Positions 33,797 to 46,284 of a stretch of DNA of 64,000 nt are shown piece by piece. Source of the stretch: Takakia lepidozioides. Its lineage: Eukaryota > Plantae > Bryophyta. The notes below the pieces were generated by a model, which made no database searches, was not told where the DNA came from, and saw only the letters and a list, made by a program, of their open reading frames with translations. The stretch is from NCBI GenBank assembly GCA_030704615.1, contig CM060731.1:26102001-26166000 (forward strand), read 5' to 3'. Each line of letters opens with the position of its first letter. Position 1 is the stretch's first letter. The position numbers and the translations under genes are program-made.

Positions 33797-35362
33797 ATTT
33801 TTTTATTTTTTTTATTTTTTTAAAGGGATTGTAGCCCTGATTATTTTATTATATTTTTGGTTGGCCGAAAGGCCATTACAATTTATTTGGGATTATTCGG
33901 GGAAAAAAATTAAAACCCCTATTTTCGCCATAAGGCACACCCATACCCTCATTGAGGTAAACTTGAGCCAAAGAGGCCCCGAACGTGACCCCTCGGAGAG
34001 GGAAGTGATAACTATGGTTACCAAAAACGAGAACCCTAGGATCTATGTTACTACCCTGGAGGAAGAAACATGAACCGGAAGTCAACACATGAATACAGAG
34101 AGTAATGGCACCAGCGTGAGTTAGTGCACTACCTAGGGATTGGTAATGCTATTACACCTGCCTAAATTGAAGACATGAGGTTTTAGAAGAGCCCTTAAGA
34201 TGTTTCCAGTTTATCTCTCGATCGAACTCAGGTGACGCAGTGGAGTGTCGTGCGAATTCCTCTCCAGCTGGGTAGGGGCAGGTCTGGCCAGACACAGATG
34301 TTTGGATTTGCGCTGCTGCATATGAGGCCTCGATTACCCCAGGTGGTGCGGAATTTATCATGGGAAGCCCCTGCGATCTCTGGTTTCCGTTGGATCTGTG
34401 CACAATGCTTGGCCCAAGCCTTCTTGGATTATGTCCCAAAGTCACAGAAAACAGATGTGAGAAGAGCTGAAACTGTAGAAGTTTGTCCAGAGAAAGTTCT
34501 GGAGCATCTTGCTTTCCAGAGGTGCCAAAGTGTGCTGCCTCTAAGTGTTTCGAAAACAGGGCAATGAATAGTTTTCCTTTTTGTTGTTGCGACATAGTTT
34601 AGAAGCAGGATCGTGGGAGAGAGAGGAATGAGGTTCCACCAGGAGTAAAAGTTTTTGATAAGTGGCCAAATGATGGCTGCTGCTTGGCACGAGATGAGAC
34701 AATGTTCGAGGCTTTCCATGATTCCTGATGAGCAACAGGAGCAAAGGAGGGCGTCCTGAAATTGTAACCATTCGCCCACCTTGAGCACTTTGTTAGCAAC
34801 TTGATAGAGGAACGCTTGGATTTTGGCAGGCCTAGATTTTAGCCACACAGAGCCCCAGATTGCGGACCAGTTCTCAAAATCCCAGGTGCCCCCATCTTGA
34901 CTCCCACTTTGCTTTAAGTGAAATTGGCAGGGACAAAGCCTTGTAACCTTTTTTGGTGGTGTACAAAAAGAAGGGTTCTGGTTGTCTTCCAAACTCCCAA
35001 GACCATTCGGAAGGATCGAACTGGAACTCAGCAAGGGGCCTGCCAAGAATCCAGATAAATGTGGCAGAGGCAAGTCAGGCTGAGTGAGAAAGACCTGGGG
35101 AGGGTTGGGGATCCATTTCTTTCGGAGAAGTAGACCAGCAGCAAACTCTGAGAGGTTTGGGGGGTAGGATAACAGGTTCTTGCGAATGAAGATGGAGGGT
35201 TAGGGTGAGAGGGTCAATGTGGAAAGCGTAGGCGACATGGTTGCTTGAGGTGGAATGGTTAACGAACAGGATGGTAAGAAGGTTGTTGTGAATGGTAAGT
35301 GCCCAGTAGTTGTGTGATGGAAAAATAGGTCCAGTGTTCAGATGCCTAATCCATGTTTGGTC
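33797..35362 (-). mobile_element. L1-like LINE, 3' portion (zf-RVT domain, 3' UTR, A-rich tail)
   Basis: WSAIW...KIQAFLYQVANKVLKV...CSCC...ESLEHCLISC..A..IW (zf-RVT). The T-rich tract at 33797-33821 is the poly(A) tail on the minus strand. Confidence 0.85.
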
Positions 35363-35955
35363 CAACGACGTAATGGCGTGAGCGTTGCGCGTGAGCGCGC
35401 GAGCGTACGCTCACGCAGGAGTGACGTGGCGTGAGCGTCATGTCAGCATGCTGATGTGGCGGTAAATGATGACATGGCACTGTCCGTCATCTGCCACGTC
35501 AGCATTAACATGCGCCGCCTATAACCGTGGATGGTCCTATGACCGTGGAATTAATGCAGGGAATCTTGCCTAAATAGAATCAAGACGAGCGTTGAGGCCT
35601 ACAATTGCAGCATCCAACATTATGCAATTACAAATGCTTGTTTCACTTTTACAATTACGAGGACGACAAAATATCCTCACAAAGTGTGCGCCATAAAGGC
35701 TGCCACGGGAAGACCTTCCTCCCTCCTCAAATAACAATGAGAGTTAGGATCATCTTCAAAAGATGATTGTAGTGCATAGCGACAGCAAGACATGTAGACT
35801 TCGAACGGTGCAATGACAAATATGCACTACCTAAAAGTTGTCACTCAGAGCTCACTCCGTATAGTTGGAGGCCATATCATTGCACAGCCGACGAATTGAT
35901 GTGAATTACACATTTCAAATCATGGTCATCCACATACCACATTACATAGTTCATG

Positions 35956-38900
35956 CTACCCATGTGTTGTATCCTGCTGCAAAAGAGTATTGACCTCGTT
36001 GAAACTCATAGTGGCCTGATGAATGAAGTTGTCACGTTTGGGATCGCAAACCATCCTCCTCAAAAATATGAAATACAAATGTTTGCAGGGTATGAATTTA
36101 CCTCTCTTGCCCAAACTGGTTGATAACATATTCACAAAATCAGAACATGTGCAATTGGGAAAATTGGAAACCATGATGTCGTAGGTCCTGTCATGAACAA
36201 CAGATGTGGAAGTGATGATTGTGAATAATCGACCATATCCTGGATCGGGTATTTCCGTGGTGCTTCCAACACGAGCTTGGAGCATTCTTGCGGACTCCAC
36301 TTTGCCAAAGTGTTCAGCGGTTGGAGGGAAACGGCGAACGAGCTTTCCATCTCGTTTGGTTGGCCACAAGTCAGGATTTGCCGGGGGGACCCGGGAGGAC
36401 GCAGAAGTAGTAGCACATGCATGGAGTTGGGGTTGTCTCGCAAGGGAAAAACCTGCCTCCTCCAGCATTTCAATCTCCTGAAAGCTGAGATGTGTTCCCA
36501 CCTTCACGGGCCAAACGGTTGGAGGAGATGGCTTCATCACTACGGAAGGACGCACAGTTCCATGCACACATCTGGCACAATCATCTGCGCAGAACCAGAA
36601 CTTGTGGTTCTTGGCTTCTGGTTGACCGTATGGACGCATCAAGCCCGTGAAAGTCGGAGCAGGAGTTCGGGCACCACCTCTGGATATAGATGAAGTGCAC
36701 TTCTCGAAATTAGTTGCCCTGATCGCTGTACATTTCACACGAGACCCTACACTTGTGCGTTCTATGTGCCAAACGTGGTCGGGGCATGCGGACTCAAGCA
36801 CATCAAGGGGGTTGTTTCTCTCCTGCACCATTTCAGTGTCACTGTTTGATGCTGGAGCTTGCCGTCGTGTTGGAGGTTCCTCCACAATGGAGGTTCCGGA
36901 CATGGAGCTGTCATGCAGGGGAACACGAGGCTTCGAGAAGTTATCACGGTCTGCCCTGTGGGAATCTAAATCCGAACCAGGTGGAGTGTTCAATTTCCTC
37001 TTACAAGAGCGGAATCTCTCCTCCCCTTCAAGATGTGGAACTCTAGAAACAAGTGGCGTTCCCTGGGCATACATGCTCACCGCCCGTACTATCTTGATTG
37101 GATCCCCAGATCTGTTTGCAGCACGCAACATCAACTCCCATTTGTCCGGACCCTTGCCACCAACCCTACCTCGTAAGAAATCACGGTATCGGGTTTGTTG
37201 TTGCAAGGCACGTATCAAATCATCTGTTGTTGCCACATACAAATCCCGACCTCGTTTCCCAGACTGCTGCAACCATGCGTTGTGCACAGTTTCTCCCAAA
37301 TTGCAAGATGGCATGTCCGCCATTTCCTCAATGGACATGTTCTGCAAAGAGGATAACCACACTTCAGAACAGTGCACAGGAAACAACATAAAGAAAGCAA
37401 TGAGTCAAAAATATGGAAAGCAAATGTATGAATAAAGCATGAAATAGAAGCCTCGTACCATTGTCATGGCTGCTCCCCACTGTCTATACCGGAAGTGCCA
37501 AAACGCCAGCCAATCTTCCAATGCTCTCATACTCTCAAGTGATGCAGCTCCACATGAGCTTCTGGGATTCCGTATCCTCGGATTGCATGTCACAAACTGC
37601 AATTGTCATAGTTGGTACACTGGATCGTAGACATGACAAGCCATTGTCGTCCAATCCTTCACTCGTTTCATATGATCAAACATAAGAAAACAGTTCTGCA
37701 AGTCCCCAGTCTTCTGCATCCGCTTCACGAGGCTAACCCCACTGCCCTCCCCAACAGTCGACATTTTGAAAAGAAAAACTTTGATGGCACCTTGACCTGG
37801 GAATACATTGTCCTGGATGTAATCATACTTGCTCACTCGTTTCAATTCCAAAATATTGTCTATGTAGCCTCTGATCCCAGAGCCCATTCTCAATGCATTG
37901 ATCTGATGCCGAATGTTAGGTGAACTTAAAGTGGAGAAATGATCCATGACCAGGTCCAATGCTGCACCGTCAAGTTTAGTCCCCACAGAATCCCCTTCAC
38001 TCAAAATATGGCTTTCCAAGAAGGACTTGCTTGCGCCAAGAACAATTGCAGATGTTGTTGCGGATGGGTTTCTCCCGAACTCCTATTTAATCAACCTCGA
38101 TACTGTCTCAACACTCTCCCTGTAATCCCCTTCGAGACAGGATGGTTATGGAATCCGAAATGCACACAAGCTCTCGTCATTGTTTTCAAACGGTGGACAA
38201 CATAGTACATTCTTGCTCCGCAGAGCGCCAAGCAGGATGACACAAGTTTGCAGAATTTGCAAACGAAAGTGTTTGCCGGTGGAGGGGCAGTCCCAGGCTG
38301 AAATGGATTTCCGCCAGACCCTCCCATTCGCTTTGATTATGAACCCCAGACTGAAGAAAGTGTCTGCAATTCAAATTATCACACCTAAGGTATCCATTGC
38401 AAACTGTCCTCCTGAAAACAAGCTTGTCATCATTCTGAATATTGGATGTTTTTGTTCTGCACCACGGGTGCCCGTCGTGTTTCTTGTCCATTCCATGCAT
38501 CATGATTGTTACACCTCCAACTCGCGGAGGAGGAGGCAGCTCGAATAGGATATCGCCATCAAAAGTCTCCGGCAAGAACTTCACAGGCACCTGCTTCAAA
38601 GATTCCCAATCAATTCCCCGCAACTCACTTTTGAATCCAGCCATTCTTCCCATCGCCCGCAATTTTGGAATGACACTACAAATCTCTTCTTCATCAGCTT
38701 CTCCAACCACAGTAGGAAGGACTGGATTTGGAATTTCATTTATGTCATCATCGGAAGAATCCGAAAGCTCAACGATTGGAGTGGAGGACGTCTGTTCTTT
38801 TTTCACCACCACCTCCCTCTTGTCTTCAACGACCGAAGCAGCAGTCCCGGGCGTCACATATGACCCAAGGGACTTTCGCCGAGGCTCTCCAAGTACTCTG

Positions 38901-39145
38901 TATCGACCAGGACGCACTCTCCACTGGCTGATATGAGCCGTCTCATCACGGTTTTGGAAAGAGTATTTCAACAACTTCCCTTTAAGATCGTACACCTCTT
39001 TCTCTAAAAAGATGGAGCCATTCTGCAACTGAAAACGGGTAGCCAATACATGTTCCAGAACAATTGCAAATCCATTGTCAAGGATTTCCTGGGAGAATGG
39101 CACTGGTTTGTCGTCAGAGAAGAACTCCGCTTCAGAGGAAGCCAT
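35956..39145 (-). pseudogene. MULE transposase (GCM/WRKY-like Zn domain, DDE fragments, SWIM finger), frameshifted and internally deleted
   Basis: HDGHPWCRTKTSN...RRTVCNGYLRC..C...HNHP (GCM-like). FLMFDHMKRV...CDMQSED gives the first catalytic D and NLGETVHN the catalytic E. The SWIM finger is CTCSDF...PCKH. One intron at 37342-37458. Confidence 0.85.
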
Positions 39146-40001
39146 CTTCCTTCCTCACGTACGTTTGTACCTTGCTATCGCAGATCTAGTGTAAATCGGT
39201 TTACTGATGTCTCCAGAACACAGTTGAAGAATGAGCAGAGAATATGGCGGAGGAAGCTCAGACAACGACTGTGCATATTATGTTATTCTTTCCAGATATG
39301 CAGCCGTCCATTTTAATTACTTTTCTTGTGGGCCCAGTGGTCAGAGTATCCCTAGGAGTAGTGTTGGCAGCTGTTAAACCGTTAACCAGAACCTCATCAA
39401 TAAACCCAAAAACAAAGCCGACTTCCTGGAAGCATGCCACAGGATCTGAGAATGGGATTGCAGATTAAGTAAATGTATCTTTATACTACTACCAATGATC
39501 ATGCGCACCTGGAAAGTTCCAAATGTGAAACGAATGTGGGGTTTGGCTAACAAGGATGACCGTGTATGATATTCCAAGATTTGTCATCAAACTCTCGTTC
39601 ATTTACATTTATTTGTGTAAGACTGTGCGCCAAGATTTCTGGGATTCGCTATTATTTTTAAATATTGAAACCGTTCTAATAAAGAACACGCCGTTTTTTT
39701 TGGGCGACACACGTCAAACATCCATAACTGAATACGAACAGCTGTACACCAATTGCTGGCATGTGCAATAATAAGGGAACGACTATGTGTAACGGTCACG
39801 CGAGAGGGAATCCGATGCTTCTAGAGACACGCAAGAACGCAGGCAATCCCGCAAGAAATCGGGAGTCACTGCGTTTTTCTACTTTTCGCGCTTGGAGGGA
39901 GAGTGGTAGTCAAGCTGGAGAGGGTTCATTCTACAATACGAAAGAGAAGAAAGTCTCTTTATTTTACTTCCCTTAGAGAGAGACGCAGAGCAAGAGAGCA
40001 A
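39146..40001. promoter_or_regulatory. Putative bidirectional promoter between the transposase and the ParB-MTase gene
   Basis: Head-to-head ATGs at 39145 (-) and 40002 (+). Function is inferred from geometry only. Confidence 0.45.
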
Positions 40002-43000
40002 ATGACGAGGCGTCGTTTGTTGGAGAACACAGGGCCAAGGCAGCAGGTGAACGCGGAGACTGATTCAGAAGAGCAGACGGAGACTGAGGCAGCGGCTGTG
40101 ACACAGTCGGCGATAAGAGTGCGCCAGCCTGTGGAGGCAGAGATGATTCGCAGGGACACTGAAGGAGGTGGAAGCACGCGGAACACCGAACCGGGAGAAG
40201 GTCCAGAAACCCTAGAGCAGACAGAAATTCCAGCAGATATGAGAGGGAAGAGGAAAGCTGCAGAAGGGGATCAAATTTCAAAACCTAAGAAGGCGCCAGT
40301 AAGTTTTATCTAACTTACATTTCATTGTTGAAGATATGTGTAGAGATTGAGTGGAATGTCCCAGACAGGGATTGTCGCTACTGACCATCACAAAGGTGAT
40401 TTGATTTCTACTCCTCTGCGAAGGGTTTACCACACAATGAGTGGGTGACTATCGGTACAGTCATTCACTGTTGTTCAGATCATACAGTCTGTCTGATTGC
40501 CTTTCGAGGAGTCCTTCCTCTTCCCTTCTTTAGCAGGACCTACTGAATTGCGAGCGTCGTTAACACCATTCGGTTCTCCTCATGAGATTTATGTACCTAT
40601 GTGTTTGAAGAGAGAGTGAGGGTCGGCATACCGTCAATCATCGTTGTTCAGACCATACAGTCTGTCTGATTGCCTTTCGAGTAGTCCTTCCTCTTCCCAT
40701 GCTGACGACGGTAATGACAGTAGAGTCAATCTGAATAATCTGCACTTACTGTCCGACCTAAACTATACTGAATGTCGTTGCCGCCAATCACTTGCACATA
40801 GATGTCATTACACAACACCGATCCGGCAGGTCGTTATCTTTTGTGATTGTCGTTAACGCCGTCCGCTATCACTCTCGCTTTTGTTTTGAATACGGCAGTA
40901 TCAGCTTTGCTTGTGTAGATAGTGCTGAATTGTTTCACACCATTCATAGTGAGTTTCTTTGAGACAGAGTGATGGTCGTTACCGCCATTCACTATTTGCA
41001 AATTACTCAGTCAGAACTGAATGGCATCGTGCAGAAAACTGTGAGGTCGAAGCCTACAGGATCAGAGGGGAAAGGATCTGGAGATAGGGACGAGTCCGCA
41101 AAAAGCTCAGAGAATACAGATGAAGCAGATGAATCTGAAGTGCACTACCTTGACAAGGTGAAAGAACTCATGTCATTCCAGAAGGTAAACTCTCAGGAGG
41201 TTATAAGGGACATGGTCGTATCTGGAGGGCATATGGACATCCCATTGTGCCGGATGATATCAATGCCTGTTGTGCGTCCACCTCTTTCCCATGACATAAC
41301 AAAATTGGAGAGTGATTTTGTGCATGGATATAGACTTGGTGCACAAGTTTTTTATGTGTCACTGACGGATATAAATGGGAAAAGCACATTAGTGTCTCCA
41401 GAGATCAGTGATAACTGGGATGAGTGCTGGAAAGATGCCAATGAGGAGTTCGAGCTGGGCCTCATGATGGGAAAGAACACCCAGCAGCCTGTGCTGCCGT
41501 CGCACTCTCTCGGGTCTCTCCTTTCTCCCTTTTTATTGAGATGGTTTTTTTTCTTGTTTGTTATTGTGGTAATGTAGAGGAGGCATGCCTTGAGGATGGT
41601 CCGTACTTGGATCAGCTGTACATGACACATTTGCCACAAGCAGATCCTTGGGTGAGGGTAGCAGTGAACTTGGGCGTTGGGCCTTATATTCGATTGTAGT
41701 TTGCAAAGCCTTTGACAATGCTTGTTCCAGTATGTATCTCAATTTGACACTGTGCATATATGTTTGTTAAAGGGATATATGTTCATGTTCATATGAGGGA
41801 GAGAGAGTTGTCATGTCAAGATACTGTTAGTCGTAATATACATGTCTTTTCAAGACTGAGGAGCTCAATGACATCATACAGCCATGAACCACCGATTGCT
41901 GGCATGGATGGGATACATTCAGAGACAAAGACAAGCATGTTGCTGTGGAGGCAATGGTTTTGGATCCTAGAAACGACATCGCTAGGCTTCTTACAGCTAT
42001 GCACGACGTGAACAAGTAAGTCATCCAGGAGATTTCATTCCCTCTGTAGTGTCTTATTAATCCTCAAAAAACAGTGTTAAGGAATGCAATGTTTCCAATG
42101 TTTTTGCAGATCGACAGAAAATCGCATGTGATAACAAGCTTGGTTCACACACTATTCCGAATTCAGAGGATTGGTCTGATGAAGCTGGATGATTTTCGGA
42201 CAGTACTACCACCCAATATCATCAAGAAGTGCGAAACAGGAAGAGCTGCACGCACTTGGTATTCTTTGACACGACAGGCGTTTCTGGAGTACATGTATGC
42301 GGTAAGCCCGAGTCTGTACTCTGTTTACTTTTCGAATACATGTTTGTAGTCCCTTCGGAGCTAATCACTACTTGAATCAATGCAGCAAGAACTGGCAGAG
42401 GCAGCTGAGAAGGGAAAATCCGAATATTACCGCACTACACTAGAAGAACTAAGGACATCAAAGGGTGTGGAAGTTGCAATAAAGAAGGAGTTTGAAATGC
42501 GAAGAACCAAATTGATGTCCGCCTTCGGAAAGCAGCTTAGAATAGTACGTAGATCCTGGACTTGGTCCTAAGTTCCTTCAGCAGATCAAAACACACTATG
42601 ACAAGCATGTGCATCCGGAGATGCAGCAGGAGAAATTGCACCGGCTGGCCATATCGATGGTCAACCCACAAACAATAATAAGGTGGCTGGAGATATGGAA
42701 CTCAGATCAAACAGTAAAGGACTTGAATCAGTTCCCAAAGAGCACCATACAGCCTGGCACAAAGGTGGAAGGAATCAGTGATTTGGTGTTTGATAACTGG
42801 CTCCACAAGGCTACATTTTGGAGTCAGGTGTGTATTCAAACATGCTGTTTTCTTCTCGTCAAGTATGTGATGAGTATCTTATTTGCAATTTTGACAAATA
42901 TACTATTTGCAGCTCGAAAAGCGCGCCGTCATTGTGCTGGATCAGACTTTGAAGGACCTGAACATTTCGATTGTTTCCCCTCCCCAAATATCATTGGAGG

Positions 43001-46000
43001 CATACATAAGGAAGTGGAGAGGTCTCACCTGGAGATACTGTTTTTTTCGGGAGTTCTCCAAAGATGGTAACATTTTACGGTCCAACGACTTTGACAGTCA
43101 GGTTGGAGGAGAGTGGGCCATGATGCGAGTTGTGTACAGGTGCAATGTCATACTTGAAACTCTACTATTTTTTTTGGGAAAAAATGTGGCTTCATAAGGA
43201 TTGCAATCATAGATCCAGATTGAATGTCGTTGACGACATTCACTTCTTTGTTTGAGTCATTCTTAAGCGAGTATATGAATTCATCTGGTTAGGATCTAAG
43301 GGTGTAATTATAGTGTATCTGGATAGAATTGATAATGTCCTTGAATGGCGTTGACGACATTCAAATACGGAGTTGTTGAGAGGTCCTGAGAGTCATGTAA
43401 ATTTTTGTAATGTCCATAGAGGTTACAGTGAGGGTTCCTCACTTCATTTTGCTGAATGTCAATGCAGACATTCAGTTGTTCTGCATTGTTTTTGCCTCTT
43501 GCGAGGAATCTGGAGGCTTGATAAGCTCTGTTATGAGAAATCCAAAGTGAATGTCGTTGACGACATCCACTTCTGTGTTTGTATTATTCAACAGCGACAA
43601 TTTGAATTTACATGGATTGGGAGCTAAGTAATTGGTTTCTTTTTGGTATTTTTGTGAATGGCGTTGACGCCATTCACATACAGTGATGTTGTGAGGTCCT
43701 TAGTGATATGTTCGTTATGAATGTGCATTGAGTTTTCCTGGAGGGTTCCTTACTCGAGTTTATGATTTCCATCCTGTGATTTTGCTTCATTTGAGGAATA
43801 ATTAGGCTTCATTAGTGAATGTCGTTGACGACATTCACTTCTATGTCTGTGTCATTCCAAAACGATAGTTTGCATTCACCTGGATTAGGGTGTATTTACA
43901 GTATCATTGCATGGAATGTTTTGAATGGCGTTGACGACATTCACATCTGGAGCAATCGTGTGGTCCTGAAAAGTCCTTGGAGCAGTTCTCAGAGCCATTT
44001 CAATCTATGTTTTTTTCATTCTGTTCTACTTGCATCTTACTCACTGAGCGCTTTTGTGGGTTGGGATTTATCTCTTTTTTTCAGGTACACGAAATATGTG
44101 CTTATGGAAGGAAATCACCTGAGCGGAATTCCAGACTATCTTGACATGTGGTCGGACCCTGCAAACGATCCAACCATGTATACTGCAGGGATATTGAAGG
44201 ACTGGAGTCCTTCTCACTTCAAAGACTGTGGGTGGTACCTTGACTGCCCACCGGAGCACACGACCTTTCAAGAACAGCATATGAAATACTTGAACAATAA
44301 CGCTGAGATGTTGGCGCCTTTGACTGACGAAGAGTACCAACGAAACATAGCAACATTGGCTGCCAAGGAGCCTGATGCTCAGGGAACGCCGCAGAAGGGA
44401 AAGAAGACGGGCCGCAAACCAAAAGACAAGGCTGTTGATGTCATAGCCATCTCACCAGCAAAGCCAAAGAACAAAGACAAGTCCAAAGAGAAGGAAAAGG
44501 ACAAGGGGAAGGAGAATGAGAAGGAGATGGAGAGTGGGCAGGACTTTACTGCTGGAAGATATACCCGCACTCTTCAGTGCGTGTTCGATGCCAAGCCACA
44601 CCCTTCCCGTTCTGATTCAGCAGGAGAGATGAAAATTGTTAATGAGGGTTGGCTTTCGATGATGCAGAGTCGAAAGAGAGGATACACTGGGGTGCCATCC
44701 CCTACCTGGGACAATATAATCTCATTCCTCAATCTGGTGAGAATTCCAGTTTCTTTCCTTTTTCTCTGAAAGTTTCGTTGGCAGTATTTCAGTCTCGTTC
44801 TTTGAAAACATTCTTGCCATCGTTCTTATAAAAAACATGTCTGTTGCAGGTGAGCACAGGTCCCACCTTCGTGTGCGGTGTGCAGAAAACTTATGCGGCC
44901 GACATTGTCATTCTCGACATCCCGGATGGCCAGGCTATGCCAGAAGTTCTTCCAAAGGGCAAGACGCCAGGCTGGAACAAATTCGAGGACAACTACTGGA
45001 GTTGGGTGTTCGGGTTCTGTAACAACTTCCTCTCTGATGCAGGGACACTTCTGCTTTTTCAGTCATGTGACAATGATAGTCGTCGGGCATTGGCATCATA
45101 CCTCAAGTCTTCAGGGTTTGAAGTTTTGCTCACATGGAATTGTGTGAACAGCCTCTACCTTGTGAAAGGGGGTTTTCCTGGTCAGCTGGTATGCCGTCTC
45201 CCTTCTGCTTGTGCTTTCATCATGAGTTTCAATGTTCTCTGCAGCTCCACTCTAGTAGAATGTGCTATGATCGACACAGATCATCACCGATTCATGATTT
45301 TTTTGTGTCTGAGTTCTGAATAGCCGATGTACACACTTCCACTATAGATTGTGTTTACCACACTAACCTGCTATCTTTGGCAAACGAGGATGTTCGAGGC
45401 GATCTGCTTGCGGAGGATTCGCACCTCAAAGACACCATCCTCCATCCGCAGCTTTGAGATTTCTGACCAGGGTTGTTTCGTCAACCCCCCCTATGAGCCC
45501 CATGTTGATGACATTTTGTACAACTTCATGCAGTCAGACTCTGAAGAGAACAGATGGCACTCCTTAGAGAGGTGCAAAGGAAAAGTCCCCAGCGTTCATG
45601 CAAATACTGCTGGAGTCATGCAGCCACCGCTCTGCACGGGTGGTCGATCTTTCTGTGTCCACAGGTTCGTTTTTTCCCTTCCGAATTGGTTTTCTTTCAA
45701 CAGTTTCATCTGCTTAAATCCCCCCCTCCAAACTGTTCATGTTCTCCTGTCTGGTGCAGGAGCAACTTACCATGCATACAAGGCAGGCGGAAGAAGCCTT
45801 TTTGGCATGGAGGGTGATTCTGACCTCTACAACACAGTGCTCCTCCCCCTTTTGTCTGGCTCCACTTCAGGCACACAGACTGATCGGATTCAAATTCGAA
45901 GTGATGACGATCCCGAAGATAAGCAGGTCGACAACAACTTTTCATGTGAGTAAGTGCTAAACCCTCTTTGGGAGTCATACTCAATTTCTCAATAACATCA

Positions 46001-46284
46001 AAGTTACAGTAATAATTTTTTCAGGCTGTCTTTCAGGAAAGGCAGCGGTGGATCTTCAGGAGATACAGTCATTTCTGGCGAGTCTATTTTCGACAACCCC
46101 CTTTCCAATTTTCTGCTTCCTGTTTATGCCGAAGCAATGGCACTTCACGCGGCCGAGTCCCCTATCCCCTGACTTTTTAGTGGCCAGCCGTAGGTGTATC
46201 CAGCGTGGGTCCGGTGTTCTAAAATACTTAGACTTAGATGCAGAGGAAGCGGGGATACATTGTACTAACTCTGAGTCAGACTGA
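40002..46284 (+). pseudogene. Transposon cargo gene: ParB/Srx-like domain + beta-class N4-cytosine/N6-adenine DNA methyltransferase-like domain, ~10 exons
   Basis: ParB-like: IPLCRM...VVRP...DITKLESDFVHGY ... NHRLLAW (41887) ... AMHDVN. MTase: ADIVILDIPDG (44901-44930, motif IV position), NNFLSDAGTLLLF, P(W>*)RGAKEKSPAFMQILLESCS...VVDLSVSTG|ATYHAYKAGGRSLFGMEGD (motifs X-I-II). Approximate exons: 40002-40298, 41035-42015 (interrupted), 42110-42301, 42386-42827, 42913-43139, 44085-44736, 44850-45188, ~45384-45664, 45760-~45949, ~46025-46284. Stop TAG at 45565-45567. Confidence 0.8.
43221..43943. repeat. Array of seven 22-bp palindromes TGAATG(T/G)CGT-TG-ACG(A/C)CATTCA in an intron of the ParB-MTase gene
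   Basis: Copies start at 43221, 43342, 43453, 43548, 43655, 43816 and 43922. Confidence 0.93.

Noticed and set aside
36647-37435. 262-aa + strand ORF
   Set aside because: Antisense shadow of the transposase exon, with no recognisable motifs.
43221-43943. CRISPR array interpretation of the spaced palindromes
   Set aside because: Spacers are long (about 70-140 bp), unequal and homologous to each other. The array sits in a eukaryotic intron and no cas genes are present.
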